Of a stretch of 64,000 bases of DNA, positions 1 to 13,249 are shown piece after piece (within the stretch, counting starts at the first letter, position 1; each line of letters starts with the position of its first letter). The stretch comes from Marsupella aquatica. Taxonomy: Eukaryota > Plantae > Marchantiophyta. Below the pieces are notes generated by a model that did not search any database, was not told the DNA's origin, and worked only from the letters and a program-made list of their open reading frames with translations. The stretch covers positions 5,443,079-5,507,078 of the forward strand of contig OZ316898.1 of assembly GCA_973895155.1 (NCBI GenBank), in the 5' to 3' direction. The position numbers were made by a program, and so were the translations under genes.

Positions 1-3000
1 CCAGAGCGTGTGCAGGAGTTACTTGAGATAGTGGAAGGTCAAGCGGATCTAGATGCGCAGTTCAATGTAAGCCTTTTCTGCATTGTTTTATTTCAAAGCA
101 GTCTTGTTGTTGTCCCCTGCATCCTTGTTGTGCGTTGTCTGGGGCACCCACCGCGAGTCATGAGAGTAAGACACAACGCGAAGATACAAAGACCTGAATG
201 TTGTTTAAGTTGGAGCTTCCAGTGAACTAAAGTGCACGTGTAGCGTTCAATTTTTCTTCGGTTCGCTTGGGCCAAGGTTGAAATTGTGTCCTGTAGGCCA
301 TTACGCTTATGTTCCACGTCTTGCCATTTGCACAACCAGTTCAAATGCCGCCCATAGTCATCACGTCGTTTGCACATTTGGGAGTTCTGTAATTGTGAAA
401 TAGAGGGACAGTGTTTAGGGAGATTACTAAAACAATATTTCTTGTGATGTTGCACTTTCCTCTCCTTGGGCGTCTTCCCACTCAGGGATGATCATCTCTC
501 GGCTCCTGAGGCAAGGGTGTCATTGATTATTCTTAGCTCTGCCGGATAACACGAACACATCTGAGGGTGGGAAAGATCGCCCAAGAAAGTAGCTCCCTCT
601 CTTGTATGTATGGTGTCTTTTTTAGTTTGTTTCACTTATGTCAATCACAATTGGCAAATTGATACGTTGTCGGAGAAATCGATACTGACGTGACCAGATA
701 ATCGTTGAGGCATTGTTTACAGATTTCAGATACTGATCACATAGACCGGCTGATGTCGTGTTTAAATATGGCTCTTCCGTTTTATGCGGTAAGTAATGTC
801 GACTACCATGATAACTCGAATCACTTTCACCAAAGTCAGGATCATTTGGCCAATAATTTTCTTGAAGGAGAGGTAGGAGACAATGAAAAAGGAGTGGGAC
901 TTCTTTCCTCGAGGGTTTCTTGTTATATCTGATCGTTGAGACTGGGCCATGGGAACGGACACTGCGAATTATTTGGACAATGTGGGGAAGACTAATTGGT
1001 TCCCCTCTCTGATATTGTGTGATATGATTTTGGTATGGTGGTCAGGGCTTTAAACGCTATAGACAAGTGTTTTCTGGGTTTCTTTTGTTTTCTTTTCCTT
1101 TCTGTTGAGATAGAGGGAAGAGAAGGGACGGGGTCGGTGATGGGGAGTTTCGTGCCCTCTTCATCTGGGAAGCTTTCACAAACCATGACGGAGGGAAGAA
1201 ATGTCAGAGTGACGACACAGCTAATTTCATGTTTAATTTTAATGGAGCTCCTTGTTTTGTCATTCCGTGCAGCGCGGTGCATCCAACAGCAAATTCCTAA
1301 ATTACATCAACAAACATCTTCTTCCAGTTTTTGATAAGGTGTGCCTTTCGTCTAGCTATATACTGTGGCAAAGGTTGACTGTAGTGTACTTTGATGTGGA
1401 TCTTTCTGAGCGGGAAACCTGAGCAGTTACAGTAGCAGTCTTGGAGTAACGTACTTTATACCTTTTTGGTTAGTCGTCCTGTCTGTTTAACTACTTTAAG
1501 AGCCGTCCTGCATGTGAGATGGCCTAAAAACATGGTCCTAAAATGCTCCGGTGGCAGCTTTTTGTAGCAAGCGGTTTTTATTGCTTTAAGCTGATCTTTA
1601 GGGGCATTTTAGGGAGGCAAACCTCTCCAGGACCAAATCCTTACGTCGTGGAAACTTCGGGCCTGCAAGTTCTAGAAGAGCCAAAAAAGTCAGCAACACT
1701 TGTCTGCATTTATCCAGAGTTGGTCCACTGGTTTGTAGGCATAAAGTTAGCGAGTTTTAGGGCCAATATTTTAAGGACAGTTACATGCAAGATGGCTCTA
1801 AAGTATAACAGCAATAGGCCTTAAAAACCTTTGAGTTTCTCTAGAACTTCTGGGTAATCTACGAGATGAAGATTGAGACCAATGGTCGGGTCTGCTTCTT
1901 AGTGTTGTTAACTCTGTTGACCTCACACCCCTTTCTAGTCCTGACTTTCATGGTGATCACTGGGAACCCAAAAAGTCACTGTTAAAATTGATCCGTTCGT
2001 TTGTTGTCCTGAGAAATCCATTCTAAGACTCTTAGTTGTGTGTCTTTACTCCAAATGGCGTCTCATTCTGGCGGCCTCAAATTAAATCACAAGGACGTTC
2101 AGAACAAGACATCACTAAAGCCTGTGGGAACTTCATGCAGCTGCCAGAGGACAAGAAAGCTGATCTTCTGAAGAATCTGGCTGAGAGCTCTCCTTTCACA
2201 ACTGCACAAGATGCCCGTGCCATTCTACCCTCTATTGTTATGCTACTTAAGGTAACTGTTAGCACCATTTTGTACTTATTGTATTTTATCTTCCTAGTAC
2301 AATATGTCTTCAAAAGGGAGCAATTGTAGCAGTGTTCTTTCTGTGGTATTTGGATAGACGAATGTTGGCATTAGTGACTACCCATTAGTGTGCAGACTCG
2401 AAGTAATAGAGCCTGACGTCTTTTCTGAAAAACCGTGATTGCAGAAGTACATACCACGGAAGAAAAGTGTGGACGAGATCACTTTCACTTACGTGGAGTG
2501 TCTACTGTACACCTTTCATCAACTTGCCCATAAGGTAACTGCTGGTGATTCTACGAGCTCTTGATGTGGCAAGGCTTAGATTGGTTTTGATTGATTTACC
2601 TTCAGAAGCATACATTCCAGAACCTCTACTTACCGCAGAATTCCAGGAGTGATTTGCCTGAAGCTGATTGAGTTGGAATGGCGGATACCTGTTGCATGGA
2701 TTACCGTGGTTGAAATTGGGGTTAGCGAACTACAGTAGTTGTCTGGTCGTTCTGAGAGTCAAGGAAATCCGAATCACGGCACAGTCTATAATCATCTAAA
2801 TCACATGCATATCACTTTTTCGAACTTTTGTATTTGTTTATGCATAGGAAATCACATCTTATGAGTTAAGCAGGTGGAGATGCTTTATGACATTGCTCGT
2901 TCGAAACCGAATTTCCGTTGTGAAGTTTTCTTTTCTGAACGTTATGACCCTCATATGCAGACACCAAACACTACGAACAGCTTATGCGGGTACAAAATTG

Positions 3001-4436
3001 TTACCGGTCAACCATCCGACAGGTTAGGAGAAGACTTCACAGAGCTCTTCAAGGACTTTACGGAAAGGTACCAATACCTGCATTCACCTACGCACGCATT
3101 GTACTCGTCGACATTCTAAATTGACGTTGAAATTTTATATTGGCCTAGGGTTCTTCGTGTCGCCATAGTAGTAGTACACAATCCGAGAATTCTGTAGTTG
3201 AGATTTGTGACTTGAGCTTCACCATCGTGGCGAAGACTGAATTTTTCACCCCGGTATGGAAAGCTGAATCCAAGTGAACCTTGTGTAAATGTCAGTTTAG
3301 AACCAAAAATGAGCAGATTATGATTTTGGAATTTAGTGACTTGTCTGTTTTGATCGTTTTTCAGTTGTTCATAATGGGAAAAAGATGTGTTTAGAAGCTT
3401 TAGTAATGTGTTCAACGGGCTTTTTAACGTAGCTTGACTGCGTGAACCCAAATAGGTCATTGGCTAAGCATTGATCATTCTTACGACATTCAGATTGACA
3501 GTGGTGGAGGAGAGTGCCAAGGCAAACAATAAGAAGCTAGCACAGGGCATGGCTGAGCTTAACAAAGCAATGGCTGCTGCCAAGGATGACTCTGCAAAAG
3601 CAGATGTGGTGAGTACATCATAACTTCGCGCTCTGTTCGATTTCAGATAATAAGACCTTTCTATTTGTTTAAAGCAGGGCACGGCTTAGTGTTGAAAGCA
3701 GAAGCAAGTGATTTTATGTCCTGTTCTGGTTCATGCATTGGTTGACACCTGGATTACTCTTTCACAGAAAGCGAAGAAGCAAAATACGAGTATTGGACTT
3801 CAAACATGCAACAACATTCTTGCATTGGCTCAAGTGGGTACTCATAGGATCCCTCTCTATCATCCTTTGAAATTTGAACGATCCAATGAAGCAAAATTTC
3901 GCATTCCCATCAATTAACCGGGAAGATTTTGTTGCGAATGACTTTCTCCGTGTCCTGACAAGGTCTGTTATTTTTCCACAGCCTCTGCATCAAAAGACAC
4001 CGACATTTCTGGGTGAGAAAAAGTCGTTCAACTTATCCTGGGTAAAGCCGGCAGCAGTCCAGGCACTGCAAGGCACTGGGTACGCCGTTACACTCATAAT
4101 GATTTACCATCATTTGCGAATTGCGAAGTGGTTTTCACATGTCACTTCTCTCCCAATGTGCATTTAGGAATATCTGTGGATGTAAGCATGACATTGTTTT
4201 ATTACTGATGACGTGTTGTGGGCTTTTTTTGAAGGTCGAAACGTCCAGCTTCTACAGTCAATGGGGCTGGAGCACCAGCATCATCAAAGAGGGGCCGCGG
4301 TGATGGTTCTCAAAATCAATTAGTCAATAGGGCCCTTGCAGGGCTTGCCCGAGGAGGAGGAAGAGTTGGAGCTGGCAGGGGTGGTGGTAGGGGTGGATGG
4401 CGTGGAGGGCGTGGTCGGGGTCGAGTTTATTATTAG
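1..4436 (+). CDS. API5: Apoptosis inhibitor 5-like protein, 3' part (5' end lies outside the window)
   Basis: Phase-consistent GT-AG exons: <1-66, 723-788, 1273-1338, 2141-2251, 2445-2534, 2961-3067, 3494-3608, 3768-3833, 3982-4079, 4235-4436 (TAG). Translation includes ELLEIVEGQADLDAQFN, DHIDRLMSCL, YVECLLYTFHQLAHK, NSLCGYKIVTGQPSDRLGEDF, NLSW and a C-terminal RGG tail, as in plant API5. Confidence 0.93.
1500..1798. mobile_element. Tourist-like (PIF/Harbinger) MITE in an API5 intron
   Basis: About 50-bp imperfect TIRs (GAGCCGTCCTGCATGT... / ...ACATGCAAGATGGCTC), flanked by TAA at 1497-1499 and 1799-1801; 299 bp. Confidence 0.75.
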
Positions 4437-6259
4437 CTTTTGTTATCGTTGGATAGCTAGAATACGGGTCTGCTAGAGCACTAAGTCTGCGCTGAAGGAA
4501 AGATATGCAAGACGTTAGAAAAGGCCAAGTTCCTCTTTCTGGTAACCTGTACCTTACTTAGGCAAATTTTCAAAGCGCTGTAGTTCACCTTCTGGGAAAT
4601 CTAAGGTTTTGATGTGGGCTACAGACGGAACTGAAAGGTCTGCTCTTGTGTTGGAGAATTAATGGCATACGTGCAGAATTTTGCTATCTGCTGCCATACG
4701 AAGATCGTGCTGCGTTTGTGGCGTGACTATGGTGATGATGGAGCTGAACATTGCTGGGTACTTCTGAGCACATATCAGAGTATGCTTTGTGCAATTTACC
4801 TCGGTATCGTACATTTGTCACTTGCAGGAAAACTGTGGGTTGAAACCCAATTCGAGATATAGTTCAGTCATCGGTCAGTTAGTAGTCCAGGGCTCAGCAG
4901 TTAGTCACAGGTGTGGGATTGCTGAGGGAGAGGTCTTGCGAGTATCCTCATGCACCATTTACAAATCTCTGGTGATCACTGTGTAGATCTATTTCATTTT
5001 ACTGGTCGTTCAGTGTTGAGGTGCGTTGAGAGATGATTCTAGCACCTGGCGATCACGTAGCATGTGCCGATTCGGCTCGCCTTTACTAGCTGGCCGGACG
5101 AAATATCCCCGTCATTCAATCTTACATGCACGTGATCAGAGTGTATCAATGCAATGGGCAGTGTTTGCAGTACTTGTTTCAGGGCGTACCATTGTGATGA
5201 TGCTCTTGAGTACACATTCTCACTCTCTGGCCCTAAAAGATGTATATGGGAAAACGAGAGTCGACGTTTCTGGTGGCTGGAGCTGTCAGTCTGTGAAAGA
5301 CTTTTTAATATTCCTGAGCTTTTCCCGTGTTTCTTCCTCGATGCTTTAATGTGCTGGGCGTTTGGTCATTTGCCCAAATCCCCAATATGGTGGAAATATT
5401 GCGCAGTCAACATGGATCGAGTCTGATGTTGAGGGGAGACTAAGGAACCTGTCTAAAATGTCTGGCATCCATGTCCCCTGTGCTTTATCTTGATTTGAAA
5501 GTGGGAGGGATTGCGGTATCGTTTTTAATCTAGTAAGCAAGCTTCCGGAGCTTTTGTTGTTCTCATCCATTTTTTAATTTAATAATGGCAGCACTTCGGA
5601 CAGGAAGAGCCGAAATCACGAGCTACACCCAGTCCTGATGATTTAGCTGTCATCAATGTGAATCTGTGGAGTCTACATCCTTTGCTTCTACCCTTTGAGA
5701 TTGAATTTCAGCATAATGGTGAGCAGAGCAATGAGAAGTTGATAGCAGGTGTCATCTCCACAAGTCTACCACAAACAACTTCACTGCCATCTTCACCTGT
5801 AGCACGTAGCCTCCTTTTTAGTTCTTGACTGCCATCTTCCTCGCCTTCTCCGTTTCCTGGTACTCAGCATGGTAATTCAGAATATTTGAAGAGTGTTTCC
5901 CCCAACACTCCAAGAACACAAGGTTTAGGGTTTGTGGTTCCCCCAGCACAAGGTTTTTATTGTAATAACTTGATGATTATAAATTCTTGAATAGTTTGAG
6001 CCCAAATGGATTAAAGAAGACAAAGTATAGCAAGAATATTGCAAGGAGGGCCTGAAAACCAAAAACTCAAAAATATTTCATCTTTGAATGGATCTTTTGA
6101 CACAACTTAAGAGGTGTAGGTGTCTCCATAACACAAAAAATCCACAATGGAAACTCAAAAATACACAATGGAAACTCAAACAGAACACTTGAAGAACCTG
6201 TGAGCTGCCTTTAAATCACTACAACACAAAGAATGGAACATGCTATAAAGAGCACACTG

Positions 6260-6640
6260 TCCCCCTAAGTTTTAGAAATAATATAAATCCCATTTGTAGA
6301 AATAAAATAAAATAAATAAAATCTGATGGCTCACTGCTCACCCCAGCGGTCCTCACTTATTTTGTTTTGATCCATTGTACGCAAATGAGTTAATGGTTTT
6401 TTAATTCAATCCCCCTAAGTTTTAGAAATATAAATCCCATTTGCAAAAAAAGAAGATCCGATGGCTCTAGGCTCACCCCAGGGGTCTTCATTTATATTTT
6501 TATTTTGACCCATTGTGCGCAAATAAGCTAGAGGTTTTTTAATCAATTGGGAAAAATTAATTTAAAATTTTGGTAGAAGAAAATTAGGGTGTTTTAATCC
6601 AGCTGTAATTATAAAAAATACATGGTCTTATAATACTAAA
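6260..6640. repeat. AT-rich dispersed repeat with an internal ~150-bp duplication; inverted homolog at ~42540-42726
   Basis: CCCCCTAAGTTTTAGAAATA...CTCACCCCAG occurs at ~6261 and ~6411. 6470-6630 aligns by eye with the reverse complement of 42560-42726. Confidence 0.6.
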
Positions 6641-8659
6641 TTTAGAGAATATTAAAAAATTACATATTTTCCTTAAGTTTTAAGATATTTATTACTGATA
6701 TTTTTCTGCGGATGATATGGTATTTCCCTTGCAGTGAGGTTTCAAGGACTCACCTTGTGGTAGTCACCCATTGTACTCTAGTGTCTCCTTCATTAGTTGT
6801 TCCTGGACTCTATGGGTTTATCGTTTAGATCCATTAATCTGACATAAACTGAATCTCAAGGTCTGTACATGCACATTTAGACATCATCCTACATTCTATT
6901 CTTTCTATGCTGGATGTCCTTTCATATATACAAAAGAACAACAAACGTCAAACCTGAGTGTCAAACCTGGAGACGTTCTTTTCCAAGAAAAGAATGAAAA
7001 GCCCCAAACTTGAGTGTCAAGCCTGGAGAGCTCCTTTATTTATTTTTTAACTATGACTAAGACTTGCAAAAACAGCACAAAGCGCAAAGCACGAGACCCA
7101 AGCGAAAAACCCTTTTGGTCTTAGCCTAAAAGCCTATATATACTTCAGTTCTAATCTTATACATGTGTTGCCTACCTACTTTCTGCATCTCAATACTGTA
7201 AAATCATCACAGGTATTGGTTACCTTTTTTCATGCAAGTTCTGGAAGTGCCCGCAACTAAGAGACTCCTCAATGATCTGCTTCTCGTTCTATTCTAGAGC
7301 CTCGTACAACAACCTTAGTTAATTAGCTTCTCCTCAGACCCTCTGATCAAAATATATTCTCCGTCTTTGCTATATGTTGCTTTGTTTCCCAGGTCTACAC
7401 CTTGGTGTACTTGAATTATATATCCAACAATAGATAACAATCTGGTTCAGACGGGGGTTCAGGGATTGAGGAAACCTACTCTTATGCGAGAATGGTTCAG
7501 GATCCCGCTAGTAAGTGAGTGATCGACAAAAATGCTTCGTGATCATCTTGTAATGTGAGAGTATTTGTCAGCAAATACTTGTGTGTCTCAGACATCCACT
7601 TTGAATCAAGCCAGTTGTTCCTGACTCCCATTCCTTTGCTTTAGAACAGTAGTGTCTGTAATCGATCAGAATGGTGTTGAGATGGAGATCTGCGTGACTG
7701 TGAAGAGTCTAGACCTAGTAGCGCGGGGTTTGCTCAAGATAACAATTCAATTGATCGACAAGTTGAAGCGGTGGACGATGAAGTGAATCCATGCCTACAT
7801 ATGAAGATTGTGAGATCACTTTCTGTCAACGGAAGAAGATAGCCATGGAATTGACGAAGGTGTGAGAAAGATTGGTCAAGAGCTCTGAGATAATTCAACA
7901 ACAGTGTCAATTACAAACACATACGTAAACCAAACATGAGTCACAGGAACAAAAACATGGAGACCAAACAGAAGGTCGTGTGTGGATACAAAAGGATCTT
8001 TCGACTCTTTCTGAGAATTGGCAAGATAATGTACAATTAGCTAGAGAACCAATCAGCGAGACAACCATTCCTCTATTGATAAACACATTTGCATTACGAG
8101 GGTTTTGATTTGATCAGTGCATGTCCAACAAGTTGCACAAATTCCTAGTGAGACAATGTGTGAATACATAAAACATTGTGCAAATTCGTAAAAATGATGA
8201 TAGTAGAAGAAATAAAGGTCAGCACCACAGATTGGCATTGGTAGGATTTCAGATCAAACAATGTACATGCATCCTGACAAGTTACATTGGTACTCTGAGA
8301 AAATATATCTGAATAAAAAATTGTGCAAATTCATAAAAATGATTGTACCAAGAGAAATGAAGATTACCATCACAAGAATGAGTTTGAATCTGGTCCACTT
8401 CACACTCAGTAGCCCGGTGTAAATTCTTGACGTCTTGAGTTCTTTCGTGCTTCATAAACCTGTTTAGAGAAGCATCCCAACATAGTTGAGGTTTTGAGAA
8501 CGTACCATTCCTGTGATGATCTTTGCTCTTAGTACATCCATTTTTATGAATCTACACAATTTTTGAAATATGTTTAAATGATTCTAGTGTACAAGAGCTA
8601 TTGTAGAGCAACATTCAATCACACATTGAAGCCAGTTCACTTCCGAACTAGCTTAAATT

Positions 8660-9260
8660 AATAGACTTCCTCGGTATACATATGAAAACATCACAGACCG
8701 GAGAACATCACAGAAAGCGGGAGAAGGAATAGACTTTCCCGGTATATGAGAACATCACAGAGAGAGAGAGTGTCACAGAGAGAAGGAGAAGGAATAGACT
8801 TTCTCGATATCTGAGAACATCATAGAGAGAGATCGTCGCAAAGAGAGGTAGAAAGAACATACTCTCTCAGTATATGAAAACGTCAGAGAGAGAGAACGTC
8901 ACAAAGAGAGGTAGAAAGAACAGAATGTCTGGGTATATGAGTACATCAGAGAGAGAGCGTCAGAAGGAACGGGACCCATACATGAGAAACCAACAACGAC
9001 ATCACACTAAGCCCCAAAGCTCGATCATCAATGCCTTGGCAGGAATACCTTAACTATCGGTAACGCTTTCCAAGAGTGTGTGACATTGCGAAAGGAGCTT
9101 AAAAGCTTTGATTAATATGCTTTCTGGGTATATTAGAAAGTTACAGAGAGAAAAGGAATGACGGGGTCCATACATGACAGAAAACAAGAGCGACATGCAT
9201 CACACCAAGCCCCAAAGCTCGGTTATCAATCTTGTGGCAGGAATACACTAACTATCGTCA
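8660..9260. repeat. Degenerate GA-rich tandem repeat (~60-70-bp units) followed by a ~95-bp duplication
   Basis: About five units of AATAGACTT..CGGTATATGAGAACATCACAGAGAGAG; ACGGG..CCATACATGA...AAGCCCCAAAGCTCG...GGCAGGAATAC..TAACTATCG at ~8969 and ~9161. Confidence 0.7.
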
Positions 9261-10173
9261 AAGCACAACCGTGCTTGGCAATGCTGAAATTTTCTGCACC
9301 AAAAGGGGTTTATATTTATGAGCTGTTTGGCGCAGCACTTGAGTCCAGGCAAGTTGACCCGGAGCGCAAGTTGAGATGATTACTCAAAAAGGAGTGCATG
9401 CAGCTACAACTATGACAACATCAAGCTAGCATATAGAATCTACATGCAAGTTGAATTTCAACGGCAGGCTGGTGCTTACTGTTATTGTCTATTGTTCGCT
9501 TCCAAAAGACATGATTGCTGAGAGAGGAATGATTAATTAATATGGTGAAACGACCACAAAACCAGCAAGCTAGGAGGGGAATTCAAGGATGACAACATTG
9601 TGTCAGGCCTACGATAGGCGTTGTGGATCCATCGCCATTCCGGACGGACCAGATGAAGGTAGCACAAATAGAGCTTATCGATCAGCGGTGGCGCTTTGTG
9701 ATTGTGACCAAGTCCAGATCCAGGTCCAGGTTCGTCCACGTTCCTCCTTTTCGTGGGTTCCATTGCTTGGAAGGCTTTTGATACCTTGGTGAGCTCAGGA
9801 TCAAATGTTCACGATAGGAATGACTTCTTTCAAAGCCCGCCCAGAATTTTGCCCCTGGCTAAAACTCAGAAACAATAGATGGTAAGATTTATTAGAAACG
9901 TACAGCTCTAGATACTTACGATTGCACAGGTTTGTACACTATGGTAATCACTCATCCTTCTTACATTTTCTGTGGCTTCTGATCCATTTTTTCTGCAAAG
10001 TCGGATTCCTCTCTCTAATTTTACTGGGCCTTGGCTCCAAAGGTAATTAGAGCCCCATCCCGGTGGCAACTCACTACTAGAACACTTGACCATCTTAACC
10101 CACGACAGTGAGCATGCAGTTCAGATACTGATTTTGTTCTATTTTATTTTTTAATTTATTTTAAGATAAGCTA

Positions 10174-10573
10174 CACTGTACACCTTAAATATTGTTGACT
10201 ATATAATTAGTGTGACACCAAAATTAGCGTGACTCACACTAAAATGTGTGGAACCTTTTTTTCTAACCCAAATCATACTAATTAAGTGTGTTCAGTAGCA
10301 AACTTTACTTTGTATTGAGTATTGAGAGTCATACTAATTAAGTATGTTCAGTCGCACACTTGACTTTGTATTGAGTATTGAGAGTCAGCTTGAGTCTCAG
10401 TTTGCCTCTATTCTCAATTTAAGGCTGAAATCTCAATTAGTGAGACCAAAAGTGTGACCTCATGTGACGTGTAATTAGAGTGACCTGAAATTATATGAGA
10501 CACTATTTTAGTAGTTTATGTGAGATGTAAAAGTTGAAGGGCTGCGCATTAGTGTGACTAATAGTGGACAGTG
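10174..10573. mobile_element. Tc1/mariner (Stowaway-like) MITE
   Basis: TA|CACTGTACAC ... GTGGACAGTG|TA: 10-bp TIR with one mismatch and TA TSD. Internal ~56-bp tandem duplication (10275-10386) and repeated TAGTGTGAC motifs. Confidence 0.55.
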
Positions 10574-10636
10574 TAGTTAAGGATGATATTCTGAAACGTG
10601 TGCCGAGTCAGAGCCTTAAAGCACATGCACTCTGTT

Positions 10637-10801
10637 GGTACGTATAGACATCTGAAAAGTACCCTGAAAAGTACCCTAAACTAAGGCTGAAACATTGGGA
10701 AAAGCCCACAGATTGGACCGCTGTGGGTACGTATAGACATCTGAAAAGTACCCTAAACTAAGGCTGAAACATTGGAAAGAGCCCACAGATTGGACTGTGG
10801 G
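10637..10801. repeat. Tandem duplication (~75-90 bp x2)
   Basis: GGTACGTATAGACATCTGAAAAGTACCCT...AGCCCACAGATTGGAC occurs twice. Confidence 0.85.
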
Positions 10802-11693
10802 CGTGCCGAAAGGTCAGCAGTAGTCTGAAAAGTCTTATCCATCGCTACAGGGTACAGCAATTAAGGCATCTTCACGTCATTCCTTACAACGAAGTACTTA
10901 TTCGTTTGTCCTCTTTTCAATGAACAATGCTTCATATAGTATATTCAAAGCACGAAAAGGTAGCCACTCGAGCATATTTAAATTTTCCCCAAGAATAGCG
11001 AAGTAATCCAGCTAGTCCTGTAGCTGGTCATCGATCGAAACTATCTGCAGAATGCATTGCTGTGTGATGCTGCCAGCCACAACAACTACGTACGAAGAAT
11101 GTCGACACTCCCTACAAAGCTGGAAGGAGTGGTCCCGCACTTATTTTAAAGCGGTGAATGACAGCACTTGGGCGCCTGATCACTTGGAGGTGGTGAAAAT
11201 TTCCGTCTTCGGTGGCTCCAAGCGATTAAGGTAACGACAGCAGGAGAGAACTACTTCGCTTTTGGTATGCTTTTTAATCTGAGTATGTTTTTTTTTCTTC
11301 GTCAATTAACTAGTGTAACTAGTGCTGTGTATCAAAGTAATCTTAGTTTGTATGGACCACTGACAACATTTGACCTCACGTCTCGGATGGACCAAACACC
11401 GAAAAAGTTGAGCACTTAAATTTTTTTTAAAAGCTGTTTGAACACGGGAAACCGTCTCAGACGGACACGGCTTAAATTCTCGGGACCAGGGGCAAAACCA
11501 GAAATATAAATAAAGGCATTGGAAACAGCCCCATGGGCTAATAATACTACGGGCACCCTCGGGTTTCTTGGCATTGGGAGCCTGATGGTATGGTGCGTTT
11601 TGTTCTTATATTAAACACCCCAAGAAAGTGGAACCCAAGAGGACAGAACGGAGGCCAGAACCGGGATAACCAAGAGTGCGCGGACAGCTTCCT

Positions 11694-12900
11694 CATCGGT
11701 GCAGGAATGCATCCTGTACTTGGGTGATAGTTCATTCAGCTGAATGTGTTGTAATCTAGTTATCAAAGCAGTTGACAGTCAACACAAACTAATGGGCAAG
11801 GTAGAGGTTGAATCTGTCTACTAAGAAAGAGCATCAGTGCAGGAATGCTTCCTGTACTTTAGAGATAGCTCATTCCGCTGAATGTGTTGTAATCTACCAA
11901 AGCAGTTGTCAGTCAACACAAACTAATGGGCAAGGTACAGGTTGAATGTGTCTACTAAGAAAGAGCATCATTGCAGGAATGCATCCAGTACTTGCCAGAT
12001 AGCTCATTCCGTTGAATGTGTTGTAATCTAGTTACCAAAGCAGTTGACAGTCAACACAAACTAATGGGCAAGGTAGAGGTTGAATCGGTCTACTAAGATA
12101 GAGCTCAAATAAAATTGTGAGGATCCGGTATAACAAAAAACATTGGCTGAGGAGGTGAGAAAACTTGCTTAATTGAATCCAAGTAAATAATCTGCTTCTC
12201 GCACGTGTATACAGTAGACGACATTATTACGGAGAATCAACCTCTGAGCTGAACATTTGATGATTTTTCTTCTTGTCATTTTTAGGACACATTGATTTGT
12301 GTTGACTGTTAGCTGCTTTGGTACACTAGGCTACAACACATTCAATGGAATGAGTTATGCTACAGGTACAAAAAGCATTGGGTGAGATGAGAAAGTAATA
12401 ATTTGCTTCTCGTATGTGTGTCCGAAAGAAAACTTTGAAGAACATCTAACAGGAATCGTCAAGCTGGAATGCATTTGATAATTTTCTCTTTGTGATTTTC
12501 ACTGGCTGCTCATTATTTTGTGTCAGCTGTTTTGGTACACTAAATTACAACACATTCAGTGGAATGAGTTATCAGGCAGGTACAAAAAGCCGGGCAAAAA
12601 GCATTGTCTGAGATATTAAGAAAGCCTGCCTAACTGACTCTAAGTAAATAATTTGCTTCTGGGTAGGAAAGAAGACGTTGTTCGGGAGAATTATCTAGTA
12701 GGAAACGTAGAGCTGCATGGAATGTATTTGATCAATTTATACTTTGTAACTTTATGGAGAAGAATGAGCTCAAATGCATTTGATGATGTTTCTCTTTGTA
12801 ATATTCAGTGCTTATATGCAGAACAATACACGCCTCATGGAGAAGAATGAGCTCGAATGCATATGATGATTTATCTCTTTGTAATTTTTAGTGCTTTATG
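11694..12900. repeat. Complex repeat: 3 x ~136-bp direct units, then larger units carrying inverted copies of the same core
   Basis: Units start at ~11694, 11832 and 11966 (GCAGGAATGC...TGAATGTGTTGTAATCTA...CAGTCAACACAAACTAATGGGCAAGG). The reverse-complement core appears at 12291-12379 and 12515-12606. Confidence 0.85.
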
Positions 12901-13249
12901 GACAAGAATGCTTCTAGATTTGGCTAGGCCATTTTAAAACATCTCCTCTATTTTCACTAAAAAAACAAAACTAAAAAATCTCTTAGGCTCTTATGTGTAT
13001 TAAAGTCCTTCAACGATGGCTAATAGGCACTCCAAAAACTTTGAGGTGCATTATATCACACAATACCCTCTAAAACAAGGCTTTATTACATACCAAAGAA
13101 TGTTCTCTAATTGGACTTCTTTGCGCATTAAAGCCCACAACGCCTTCGAAACCAACATTACAAAATACAAAGCAATGCACTGGAATCGGACAGATATCAT
13201 AAATAAACATAGAACAAAAACTTCATTCGTGGCCTCCACTGTGAGAGCT

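Noticed and set aside
4340-4425. G-quadruplex-like G-rich tract
   Set aside because: Explained by the RGG-coding tail of API5.
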